Made by a program: the position numbers and the translations under genes
Shown: positions 1-7,363 of the stretch, piece after piece
Position numbering within the stretch: position 1 is the first letter of the stretch
Layout: each line of letters opens with the position of its first letter
Source of the DNA: Acaryochloridaceae cyanobacterium VAR_48_metabat_390
Lineage (GTDB): Bacteria > Cyanobacteriota > Cyanobacteriia > Thermosynechococcales > Thermosynechococcaceae
DNA: 10,480 nucleotides
NCBI GenBank assembly: GCA_031422435.1
Contig: JANPLU010000120.1
Coordinates: forward strand, 1-10,480
Direction: 5' to 3'
The notes under the pieces: generated by a model
Database searches by the model: none
The model's input: the letters and a program-made list of their open reading frames with translations, nothing else
What the model was told of the DNA's origin: nothing

Positions 1-42
<42 letters not shown>

Positions 43-53
43 TTAGGTGGGCT

Positions 54-83
54 AACTTAACACAGTCCTATCGTCTAAGGCAA
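54..83 (-). promoter_or_regulatory. Putative sigma70-type promoter of tRNA-Val
   Basis: Minus strand TTGCCT (83-78), 18-nt spacer, TG-n-TAAGTT (59-54), ending 11 nt before the tRNA 5' end. Confidence 0.55.
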
Positions 84-180
84 CTAGCGATCTCTTACTC
101 AGCTTAGTGATCCGCCGATCGCCACAAACCAGAAGTCGCTATAAGTCCCTAATTCTAAAGGGTTCTAAAAAATCCCTTCC

Positions 181-474
181 CTACGGTTTAGGACAGTTTT
201 TAGGATCTGACTTTTTCTCCTAAGTCCTACAGCTCATATTTGACAGTATTTAGAGGGGTTGGGCTATATTTGCTCAAACAATAGGAAAGTGATAAACGAT
301 GGGGTTAAGCAGATGGGAACAGATTTTTGGAGATTGCCAGTTAGGTGATCTACGCCTGAATCGTTGAGCCTTGAGTATCGGAGAAGCTCTGAGCTAGAAA
401 TTTGGTCAGGCCCTATCCACCGTTTTCGACAGTTCAAAGGAGCTTAAACGCGCCTATGCGTTCTTGTCGAATGT
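181..474 (+). mobile_element. Truncated IS4-family (IS50/Tn5-like) insertion sequence, left-end remnant
   Basis: CTACGGTTTAGGACAG at 181-196 resembles the CTACGG-starting terminal IRs of cyanobacterial IS4 elements, and the transposase N-terminus follows about 100 bp later. No matching right IR is present in the window. Confidence 0.65.
299..472 (+). pseudogene. IS4-family transposase N-terminal DNA-binding domain, pseudogene
   Basis: ATG299 frame reads MGLSRWEQIFGDCQLGDLRLNR*ALSIGEALS*KFGQALSTVFDSSKELKRAYAFLSN. This has the W..FG...LGD.RL..R ... KRAY.F..N signature of the Tn5-type Tnp_DNA_bind domain. In-frame stops are TGA365 and TAG395; similarity ends near 472. Confidence 0.85.
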
Positions 475-846
475 TTGGTTCATAGAGTGGTTGTTCGACA
501 TCAGCCAGGATTAAGAACAGCACTAGGTTGATTATCCAATATCCTCAGAGAAATGCCTGAGCAATTGAATAATAAACAATTAGACTCTTTATGCTTAGCT
601 CTGAAATATCTCTTAAAAGAGACTAACTTGCCAACTTTGTTTTAGTTTGAAATGGAACTCTCTGCTAAGTCATTTATTACTACTAGCGATCGCCCTGAAA
701 ACCAGAGGATATGCTCTCTATTAGCCTACCGATTACACAAGATATTTTTATAAAAAGGTAAAGATATTCCTGAGACTTTGAATCAGTGGAAATATTTCTC
801 AGAGAACTCTGTTCTTCCAGAAGTAAGGAAAATAGGGCAGTATTTA
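475..846 (+). pseudogene. C-terminal fragment of a large protein, probably a SIR2-domain (Dsr-type) anti-phage protein, with three in-frame stops
   Basis: One continuous frame: LVHRVVVRHQPGLRTALG*LSNILREMPEQLNNKQLDSLCLALKYLLKETNLPTLF*FEMELSAKSFITTSDRPENQRICSLLAYRLHKIFL*KGKDIPETLNQWKYFSENSVLPEVRKIGQ (stops at 529, 643, 751). AT-rich. The LAY.L...IP..L..WK......LPEVR..(W) tail is recalled from large SIR2-family proteins and was not verified by search. Confidence 0.5.
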
Positions 847-920
847 ATTTTGCTTTATGCTGCGATTCTCCTATCGATAAAGATTCCACTCAATAAATTT
901 TCACTTGCAGGGGCGATATC

Positions 921-1150
921 ATGCAACAACTCTCTAGAATCACTTTTAATCCAGAAGTAATGGGTGATAAGCCTTGTATTCGCGGACTAAGAGTCACTGT
1001 CGGTACAGTCGTCGGCTTAATGGCTGCGGGTCACTCCCCGAAAAAATTCTGCAATCCTATCCCTATCTGGAACTAGAAGATATTTACGAGGCATTAACCT
1101 ATGCAGCAGGGTGATCGGACGAAATTGAACTGCCCCTGCAATCCACATAA
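921..1150 (+). pseudogene. DUF433 (VapB45-like) antitoxin pseudogene
   Basis: Reads MQQLSRITFNPEVMGDKPCIRGLRVTVGTVVGLMAAGHSP, then a 1-nt-deletion frameshift at about 1036-1046, then EKILQSYPYLELEDIYEALTYAAG*SDEIELPLQST*. This carries the classic DUF433 P.V.GGKPCIRG.R ... YP.L..EDI..AL.YA pattern. Premature TGA at 1112. Confidence 0.9.
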
Positions 1151-1185
1151 AAATCTTGATCGATATGAATCTCTCCCCAGACTAG
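1147..1185 (+). pseudogene. DUF5615 / VapC45-like PIN toxin, 5' stub only
   Basis: ATA AAA ATC TTG ATC GAT ATG AAT CTC TCC CCA GAC TAG = (M)KILIDMNLSPD(W), the typical DUF5615 start. The ancestral ATGA stop/start overlap with DUF433 now reads ATAA, and the rest of the gene is absent. Confidence 0.8.
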
Positions 1186-1187
1186 AT

Positions 1188-1210
1188 GGGGCGCAAAGCC
1201 TTGCACCCCT
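1188..1210. repeat. REP-like GC-rich hairpin, possible 3' stem/terminator for gatB
   Basis: GGGGCGCAA-AGCC-TTGCACCCCT: 9-bp stem whose single C/A mismatch is a U-G pair on the minus (gatB) strand. It lies 20 nt after the gatB stop and resembles the cyanobacterial GTAGGGGCGCAA-N4-TTGCGCCCCTAC palindromes. Confidence 0.65.
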
Positions 1211-1230
1211 GCTGAGTTGCTGCCCTTACG

Positions 1231-2715
1231 TCAACCCTGGAGCTTTTCAATCAGGAGCTGATTCGCTAACTTTGGATCTGCACGTCCGCCTGTCTTTTTC
1301 ATGAGCTGCCCCACAAAAAAGCCCTGGAGCTTCGTTTTGCCAGCGCGGTACTGCTCTAACTCACTGGGGTGAGCCACAAGCAGCTCATCAATAAACGCCT
1401 CTAATGCCGAAGGGTCTGAGATTTGGGTTAACCCTTTTTGCTCAATCAGTTTTTTAGGCGAACCACCCTGTGCCAGTAGCTCAGGCAGTAAATCTTTTGC
1501 AATTTTGGAGCTAATAGTGTTGCTTTCAATCAGCGTTAGCAGCTCTGCAAAAGCTTGAGGCGTAAGGGCAATTTCGGCGATCGCCTTTTTCTCACTATTG
1601 AGATACCCTGTAATGTCGCTCATCAGCCAGTTTACCGCCTGTTTTGCCGGGGCACCCGCCGCTAAAGTCGCCTCAAAATACTCTGCCACTGCACGGTCAT
1701 CGGTCAAAACGCGAACATCGTAGGCAGAAAGCCCTAGGTCTTTTTCATGGCGATGTCGCTTTTGAGCAGGCAGTTCGGGCAGTTCGCTTTTCCACTGGGC
1801 TAATTGCTCGGCAGTGACTTCAATGGGCGTGAGGTCAGGCTCTGGGAAATAGCGATAGTCGCTGGCTCCTTCTTTAGCACGCATACTGATGGTGCGCTGT
1901 GCCCCTTCTTCCCAGAGGCGGGTTTCTTGCACTATGGTGCCGCCCGCTTCGATGGTTTCGATTTGGCGCTCAATTTCATAGTCGATTGCCCGTCCAATGG
2001 CGTTGAAGGAGTTCATGTTTTTGATCTCTACCTTCGTGCCAAATTTCTCTTGACCTACTGGCCGCACAGAAATATTGACATCGCAGCGCAGAGAACCTTC
2101 TTGCATATTGCCATCGCACGCGCCAATGTAGCGCATGATTCGCCGCATCTCTTGGGCGTATTCTGCGGCTTCTTGGCCTGTACGAATATCGGGTTCGGAG
2201 ACGATTTCGGCAAGCGGAACGCCTGTGCGGTTGTAGTCTACTAAAGAATAGGGAGAATTGGAAAGGCGATCGCCGCTGCCGTGAACCAGCTTGCCTGCGT
2301 CTTCTTCCATGTGGAGGCGGGTAATGCCAATGCGTTTGCGCACGGGCTGACCTTGGTCATCAATGAGTTCAATTTCGAGCCAGCCATGTTCGGCAATAGG
2401 CAAGTCAAACTGAGAAACCTGATAGTTTTTGGGTAGATCTGGGTAAAAATACTGCTTGCGGTCAAACTTGCTGTAGTTTGCAATTTTGCAGTTGAGTGCC
2501 GTACCCGCTTTGACGGCGTACTCTAAGACCTTTGCGTTGAGGACGGGCAGCACTCCAGGCATTCCCATACAGACAGGACAGACGTTGTGGTTGGGCTGTA
2601 CTCCAAATTCTGTAGAGCAGTTGCAGAAAATTTTGGTAGCCGTGCTGAGCTGGCAGTGGGTTTCTAGCCCAATGACGGCTTCATACTTAGTCTTAACAGG
2701 AGCCTCAGTAACCAT
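1231..2715 (-). CDS. gatB: Asp-tRNA(Asn)/Glu-tRNA(Gln) amidotransferase subunit B
   Basis: 494 aa with [56 protein letters not shown] and a C-terminal YqeY-like [14 protein letters not shown]. Confidence 0.99.
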   Translation of the reverse strand: MVTEAPVKTKYEAVIGLETHCQLSTATKIFCNCSTEFGVQPNHNVCPVCMGMPGVLPVLNAKVLEYAVKAGTALNCKIANYSKFDRKQYFYPDLPKNYQVSQFDLPIAEHGWLEIELIDDQGQPVRKRIGITRLHMEEDAGKLVHGSGDRLSNSPYSLVDYNRTGVPLAEIVSEPDIRTGQEAAEYAQEMRRIMRYIGACDGNMQEGSLRCDVNISVRPVGQEKFGTKVEIKNMNSFNAIGRAIDYEIERQIETIEAGGTIVQETRLWEEGAQRTISMRAKEGASDYRYFPEPDLTPIEVTAEQLAQWKSELPELPAQKRHRHEKDLGLSAYDVRVLTDDRAVAEYFEATLAAGAPAKQAVNWLMSDITGYLNSEKKAIAEIALTPQAFAELLTLIESNTISSKIAKDLLPELLAQGGSPKKLIEQKGLTQISDPSALEAFIDELLVAHPSELEQYRAGKTKLQGFFVGQLMKKTGGRADPKLANQLLIEKLQG

Positions 2716-2832
2716 GTCTTAATGCTTGCTGTTGCGGATGAATTGATTTCTATTGTATAAGACTTACGCAAGCAGGGGCATTTTGAGCGATGGAGTTTTC
2801 AGTTGAGTATTGCGTCAAAGGAGGCGAGAGCC

Positions 2833-3321
2833 TTGTCACACACCAGCCAACTCAACCTTTTTGAGCAACCTAACCTAGATCTGTCAGACCTAGCCTCTAA
2901 GCCTCCGCCCTTAGACAATCAGGAGGCTGGCCTTTTTAAGGTGGGCGATCGCATCCAAATTATCAAAGCTGGCTCACCCTTACAGTATCTCAACGGACAG
3001 AAGGGGAATGTTGTTAGTCTGGTTTCAAACGGCGTTGCGGTACAAGTTGAAAGTGTTGCCGTAGTCCTCATGTTTCCACCTGAAGCACTCGAAAAATGGA
3101 ACCCCATCAGCGACTATACAAGCGCTAGAGAAGCGGCCGAGGCGATCGAGCTGTTTCGCGTAGGCGATCTTGTCGAGTGTCACTCCGCTTTCCTAGGCCA
3201 AGTTGGGACAGTACAAAGCATTGGAATGCATTGCGCCATTACGGTCGCTTGGGTGAAGTATGGCGAGGGCAAGCCACTATATCCGTGTGCTTTGGAGCAT
3301 TTAAGCCCAGCAATACCTTAA
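2833..3321 (+). CDS. Hypothetical protein (about 162 aa) with an N-terminal QLNLF motif and two KOW/SH3-like repeats
   Basis: Open frame 2803-3321. GGAGG at 2820-2824 lies 8 nt before TTG2833, favouring that start. Repeats are LFKVGDRIQI...GQKGNVV and LFRVGDLVEC...GQVGTVQ. Confidence 0.7.
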   Translation: MSHTSQLNLFEQPNLDLSDLASKPPPLDNQEAGLFKVGDRIQIIKAGSPLQYLNGQKGNVVSLVSNGVAVQVESVAVVLMFPPEALEKWNPISDYTSAREAAEAIELFRVGDLVECHSAFLGQVGTVQSIGMHCAITVAWVKYGEGKPLYPCALEHLSPAIP

Positions 3322-3456
3322 AGAAGACAACAAGAGTAAGGCGATCGCCTATTACAGTAGCCCTTGATGCAGAAGCGATAGCATTGATAAACCAAGATTC
3401 GTAGACTTGATTGGCTCTCCTATCAAATTCACGCCAGCCTTAAGGAGGTCGAGCAG

Positions 3457-4543
3457 ATGGTTTCATCAAACTGCCGCATCGGTATTATTGGTGCTGGAAC
3501 AACAGGCACTTATCTGGGGAGCCTGCTGACTCAGCAAGGGTTTCAGATTACCCTATTTGAGAAATCGCCTTACCCTCGCACCGATGGCTGCGGCATTCTG
3601 CTGGTACAGGCGGGGATGGAAGCCCTCCATCAAGGTAATCCCCAGATTTGTAAAACCATTATCAATGCAGGTTCTCCAGTTAAGCTCTTTGAATTCCGTA
3701 ATCTGCGCGGCGACGTATTTAGCACCGAAGCAGTCGAATATTCTGAAAACGAACGCCCTGGAATGTTGGTGCATCGTAAACCTATTTTAGAAGCGATTCT
3801 ACAGACAGTGCCCTCAGACTGCTTTCGCTTCGGTGCCGAGCTTGAGTCTGTAACTCAGCATTCCGGCACGGTTACAGCCCATTTTAAGGACGGACATCAG
3901 TGGGAAGGCGATCTGCTGATTGGAGCAGATGGCATCGTCTCTAAGGTTCGAAACTTTGTAGTGCCAGGGGTAAACCTGTGCTACCTGGGGGATTTAGTTT
4001 GGCGCGGAATTGTGGATGACGACACCTTTTGCCCAGACGGAACGTTTTTGGTCTATGCGCGTGGGCGAGGGATTTATGCCAACTTCTTCGATATTGGGAA
4101 TGGGCGCACACACTGGGGCTTTTTTATTGAGAAGCAGCAGCTAGAAGTCGAGAAAGGCGCACTTTTACCTCAAGATGATGTTTCTTCCTGCCCAAGAGTT
4201 GGCAAAGCTGTCTGACAATGCACGAGCCATTATTGAGGCAACCTTACCAGAGACAATTGTTAGCCGCTATTCCTATGATATTGATCCGTTACCCCAGCTT
4301 TATAACGGGCGAGTTCTTTTAATCGGTGATGCGGCTCATGCCAAAAGCCCTTCACGAGCGCGGGGAATGACTGCGGGATTTGAAGATGCGTTGACCTTAT
4401 CGAGGCTTTTGGCGACAAATACTGACGTTGATGAAGTGCTTTCGGCCTTTCAGTCAGAGCGGATGCCCATCGTTCATGAATATCAGCGTACCAGCCGCGA
4501 AATTAGCCGCAAGATCGGCCGCAGCCAAAAGCAAGCTGCTTAA
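3457..4543 (+). pseudogene. FAD-dependent monooxygenase (UbiH/salicylate-hydroxylase-like), split by one frameshift
   Basis: RBS AAGGAGG. The IGIIGAGTTG Rossmann motif and DLLIGADG are in ORF 3457-4215; VLLIGDAAH...EDA is in ORF 4175-4543. The frame switches at about 4183-4187 (GTT TCT T CCT GCC CAA), giving about 361 aa when repaired. Confidence 0.85.
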
Positions 4544-4575
4544 CAGAAAAGCGTTTTGCCTAGGAGCTAAATGTA

Positions 4576-5133
4576 ATGACCGAAGTAAAGTCTAGCCTGC
4601 CCTCTTCTGAGGCGTTTGAAACAAGAGCATCAGACCGCTCTGCCATCAGCTTCGATGCCTTTGATGTACCGACTGTCTTCTTACACAACTGCGGAACTTG
4701 GGAAGGAACAGCACAGCGTGTGCTGAAAGATGGAACGCTCGTAGATAAACATCTGGTTCGCGTAAAAATTGAAATTGAAGAGAAGCAGTATGTACAAACC
4801 AATACGGTGCGAATCAATACCCCCTAAGAAGTAACGGCTCAATACTTTGGATATTTTTCTGAGGGACGGCTGGTTTTTCCCATGACGGATGAGGTTTATA
4901 CCCTCGGTGGCGAGAAGGCAACTGAATTTTCAGGACAGGCTTGGGCGGTCACAGATGATCTGATTGTGTATCGCGGCAGTAGAACCTTACAGAACTGCAA
5001 AACCTACTACAACGAGCTGATCGCCTTAACAGATGCCAATGCTCAGCAGCGAGTACGAACGACTCAGCTCTTTGAAGATGGATTTTACAAGCTAGTCACA
5101 ATGATTGAGGAGGCCAAAATTGATGCTGCGTAA
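4576..5133 (+). pseudogene. DUF3598-like beta-barrel (calycin/FABP-like) protein with an in-frame stop
   Basis: ORFs 4576-4827 and 4882-5133 are in the same frame and joined across TAA4825: ...GTWEGT...DG..VDKH...YVQTN..INTP*EVTAQYFGYFSEGRLVF...GQAW.V...YNELI.L...R.RT.Q.FEDG...IEE. RBS AGGAG precedes the start. Confidence 0.7.
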
Positions 5134-5340
5134 AGCCTTCGTGCTGCTCAAATTTTGGAATTTAGTTTGAATGAGTAAGCCTGATGAGCTTTTTAAAATG
5201 CTCTATCTATTGGAATATGTCTTGAGTTGAGTCTCGGCTACAGGCCCAACTGAGGCTGAAACGGTGAGCTTAAGAGAACCGCACCAACGCCGAAGATCAA
5301 GTCGCGCAGCCGAAACCCGTTTTTTGAGTAAGGTGTCTAC

Positions 5341-5982
5341 TTACTTATTTGGTTGAGGGGTCATCCGTAAATAAGGCTTCACTTCAGTAATGCCTTTAGG
5401 GAACTTCTGACGTGCTTCTTCAGTGGGGATAGAGGGAACCACCACGCAGTCGCCGCCATCTGTCCAGTTGCCAGGGGTTGCTACGCTGTAGTGGTCTGTT
5501 AACTGGAGTGAATCAATCACTCGCAGCAGCTCGTCAAAGTTACGGCCTGTGCTGGCAGGGTAGGTCAGCGTGAGGCGGAGCTTTTTGCTGGGGTCAATAA
5601 TAAAGACCGAGCGCACCGTCAGCGTGTTACCCGTGCTGGAATTGGGGTGAATCATGCCGTACAGTTCAGACACCTTCTTATCGGCATCCGCCAAGATGGG
5701 ATAGTTGACGGCTGAACCTTGAGTTTCGTTGATATCGCCAATCCAGCCCTGGTGGGATTCTGCACTGTCTACGCTCAAAGCAATCGGCTTTACGTTGCGC
5801 TTGTCAAACTCAGGTTTCAGCTTTGCGACTAGACCCAGTTCAGTGGTGCAAACAGGGGTGTAGTCAGCGGGGTGAGAAAACAAAATGACCCAGCTATCGC
5901 CAGCCCACTCATGAAAATTGATGGTTCCTTCAGAGGAATCTTGGGTAAAATCGGGCGCGACGTCCCCTAGTCTCAGAGACAT
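5341..5982 (-). CDS. 1-Cys peroxiredoxin (Prx6 family)
   Basis: FSHPADYTPVCTTELG, YPASTGRNFDE and C-terminal KPYLRMTPQP motifs; AGGAG RBS at 5994-5990. Confidence 0.97.
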   Translation of the reverse strand: MSLRLGDVAPDFTQDSSEGTINFHEWAGDSWVILFSHPADYTPVCTTELGLVAKLKPEFDKRNVKPIALSVDSAESHQGWIGDINETQGSAVNYPILADADKKVSELYGMIHPNSSTGNTLTVRSVFIIDPSKKLRLTLTYPASTGRNFDELLRVIDSLQLTDHYSVATPGNWTDGGDCVVVPSIPTEEARQKFPKGITEVKPYLRMTPQPNK

Positions 5983-6036
5983 GGTTGAACTCCTGTGGTG
6001 TCAAAATAAAAGCGGTCAAACTTGATACGCTACTCG

Positions 6037-6068
6037 ATCATGCCATAAAACCCCGATTCATCGGTCGG
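6037..6068 (-). promoter_or_regulatory. Putative peroxiredoxin promoter with an overlapping palindrome
   Basis: Minus strand TG-n-CATGAT (6045-6037). Palindromes CCGAT-TC-ATCGG (6053-6064) and CCGA-N8-TCGG (6053-6068) cover the spacer/-35 region. Confidence 0.35.
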
Positions 6069-6116
6069 AATACAGATCTTAATAAATTTGATAGAACGAT
6101 AAAGTGGGGTCAATGT

Positions 6117-6740
6117 CTATTTTGAAGCCTTGGTCACTAAGGCAGGGGAACCAGGGATGCCGAGGGGTGGCTGGAATAAAATGTCTTCTAGCATTTTGAC
6201 GGCGGTATCGAAATCATCGTTCATGATCTGTACGTCAAATTCATGGGCTGAGGCAATCTCAATCTGGGCACGCGCGAGACGACGGGCGATCGCCGCATCG
6301 CTATCTTGACCCCGCTTACGAATGCGCACCTCTAGCTCTTCGGTGGAAGGTGGCGTAATAAAAATCTGAAGGGCATCGGGAGCCGTTTTGCGTACCTGAC
6401 GGGCACCCTCTAGCTCAATTTCTAAAATCACCCGTTCGCCTTGGGCAATACGATCGAGTAAGGGCTGGCGAGGGGTGCCATAGAGATTGCCTGCAAACTC
6501 AGCCCACTCTAAAAACTCGCCCTCGGCCACCATCGTCTCAAACTGCGATCGCGTCAAAAAATAATAGTGTTGCTGGTCTACTTCGCCAGAGCGCGGTGAT
6601 CGCGTGGTGGCTGAAATCGAAAGGTGTAGCTCTGGGTGGCGGTCTAAGAGCGCTCTTAAGATCGTTCCTTTGCCCACGCCACTAGGCCCTGTAAACACAA
6701 TCAAATTTTGCGGCGGCGACTTTGGAGAGGGTTTAGACAT
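6117..6740 (-). CDS. gmk: Guanylate kinase
   Basis: GPSGVGKGT P-loop, SATTRSPR.GE, FLEWAEFAGNLYGT, IARRL.RA..E. ATG6740 (MSKPSPK) is preferred over the GTG6785 extension. Confidence 0.97.
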   Translation of the reverse strand: MSKPSPKSPPQNLIVFTGPSGVGKGTILRALLDRHPELHLSISATTRSPRSGEVDQQHYYFLTRSQFETMVAEGEFLEWAEFAGNLYGTPRQPLLDRIAQGERVILEIELEGARQVRKTAPDALQIFITPPSTEELEVRIRKRGQDSDAAIARRLARAQIEIASAHEFDVQIMNDDFDTAVKMLEDILFQPPLGIPGSPALVTKASK

Positions 6741-6835
6741 GGGAAATAGATTTAATACGCTTAACCTCGTTATACCCCACTCCAACCCTCTCCCTGTGAA
6801 TCACAGAAAACACGGTCTGCTAATAAAGGCGGCGA

Positions 6836-7102
6836 TTAATCACTGCTGTCACTCGATTCTTTGCTGACCATAAACCGATGGGCAACCGTCTCTGGCTGAA
6901 TGGCAGATAAAATGACGTGACCGGAATCTGCCACAATAACCGCACGGGTTCGTCGTCCGTAGGTTGCGTCAATGAGCTGCCCACGCTCCCTAGCATCGGT
7001 GATAATACGTTTAATGGGTGCTGACTCTGGACTAACGATCGCAATCACGCGGTTCGCAGAGACAATGTTGCCAAATCCAATATTGATGAGCTTAATATCC
7101 AT
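6836..7102 (-). CDS. remA: RemA / DUF370 family protein (extracellular matrix/biofilm regulator homolog)
   Basis: [32 protein letters not shown]...[38 protein letters not shown] before ATG7102; upstream of gmk, as is typical. Confidence 0.95.
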   Translation of the reverse strand: MDIKLINIGFGNIVSANRVIAIVSPESAPIKRIITDARERGQLIDATYGRRTRAVIVADSGHVILSAIQPETVAHRFMVSKESSDSSD

Positions 7103-7153
7103 GACCTCACTCCTAATACAAAAGTATGTAGTTACCCCCACAGGTCAGTCGTG

Positions 7154-7250
7154 ATTTTACAGGTTTATGCTAGTGCAAGCGGCTGTTCTCTCACCCTGTG
7201 TCTCTGTGCCTATCGTATCGGCAAACCTTCGACAGCCACAACTGTAAAAT
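7154..7250 (-). ncRNA. Candidate structured 5' leader of remA-gmk
   Basis: Nested stems: ATTTTACAG/CTGTAAAAT (9 bp perfect), GTGGCTGT/ACAGCCGC (8 bp, G-U only on the minus strand), and TGCC/GGCA. Confidence 0.35.
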
Positions 7251-7363
7251 GGCATTATTTAGCGGATATCAGAAGCTTTCTTCGCTAGGATGGCGCTCAG
7301 GATGGCGTTTGCCTGAAAGTATTGAAAAAGTCGGCTCATAAAACTTAACTAGGGCGTTGTATT

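Noticed and set aside
240..270. TTGACA...TATATT as the IS promoter
   Set aside because: The spacer is 19 nt; possible, but too weak to list as a feature.
683..960. ORFs 683-889 (-) and 778-960 (+) as genes
   Set aside because: The first is antisense to the pseudogene frame. The second is the last piece of that pseudogene reading through its lost stop.
1101..1304. 67-aa plus-strand ORF
   Set aside because: It is off-frame across the TA remnants and antisense to the gatB end, with no recognisable motif.
1804..2722. ORFs 1804-2244, 2241-2483 and 2486-2722
   Set aside because: Shadow or alternative frames within gatB.
2919..3790. ORFs 2919-3107, 3177-3404, 3553-3774 and 3557-3790
   Set aside because: They overlap better-supported coding frames and show no motifs.
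4180..4830. Programmed frameshift or stop readthrough in the monooxygenase/beta-barrel pair
   Set aside because: No slippery heptamer or stimulatory structure at 4185, and the stop is TAA, which is not a Sec/Pyl codon. Pseudogenisation or sequencing error is simpler.
5181..5205. CTGATGAG as a hammerhead ribozyme core
   Set aside because: No GAAA follows the putative stem II (GCTCTA follows), and stems I and III are missing.
6741..7141. N-terminal extensions of gmk (to 6785) and remA (to 7141), plus overlapping small ORFs
   Set aside because: Family homology and RBS position favour ATG6740 and ATG7102; the others are shadow frames.
7220..7240. GGCAAACC as a c-di-GMP-I riboswitch
   Set aside because: The GNRA-capped P2 stem and the downstream GACGCAAAGC element are absent.
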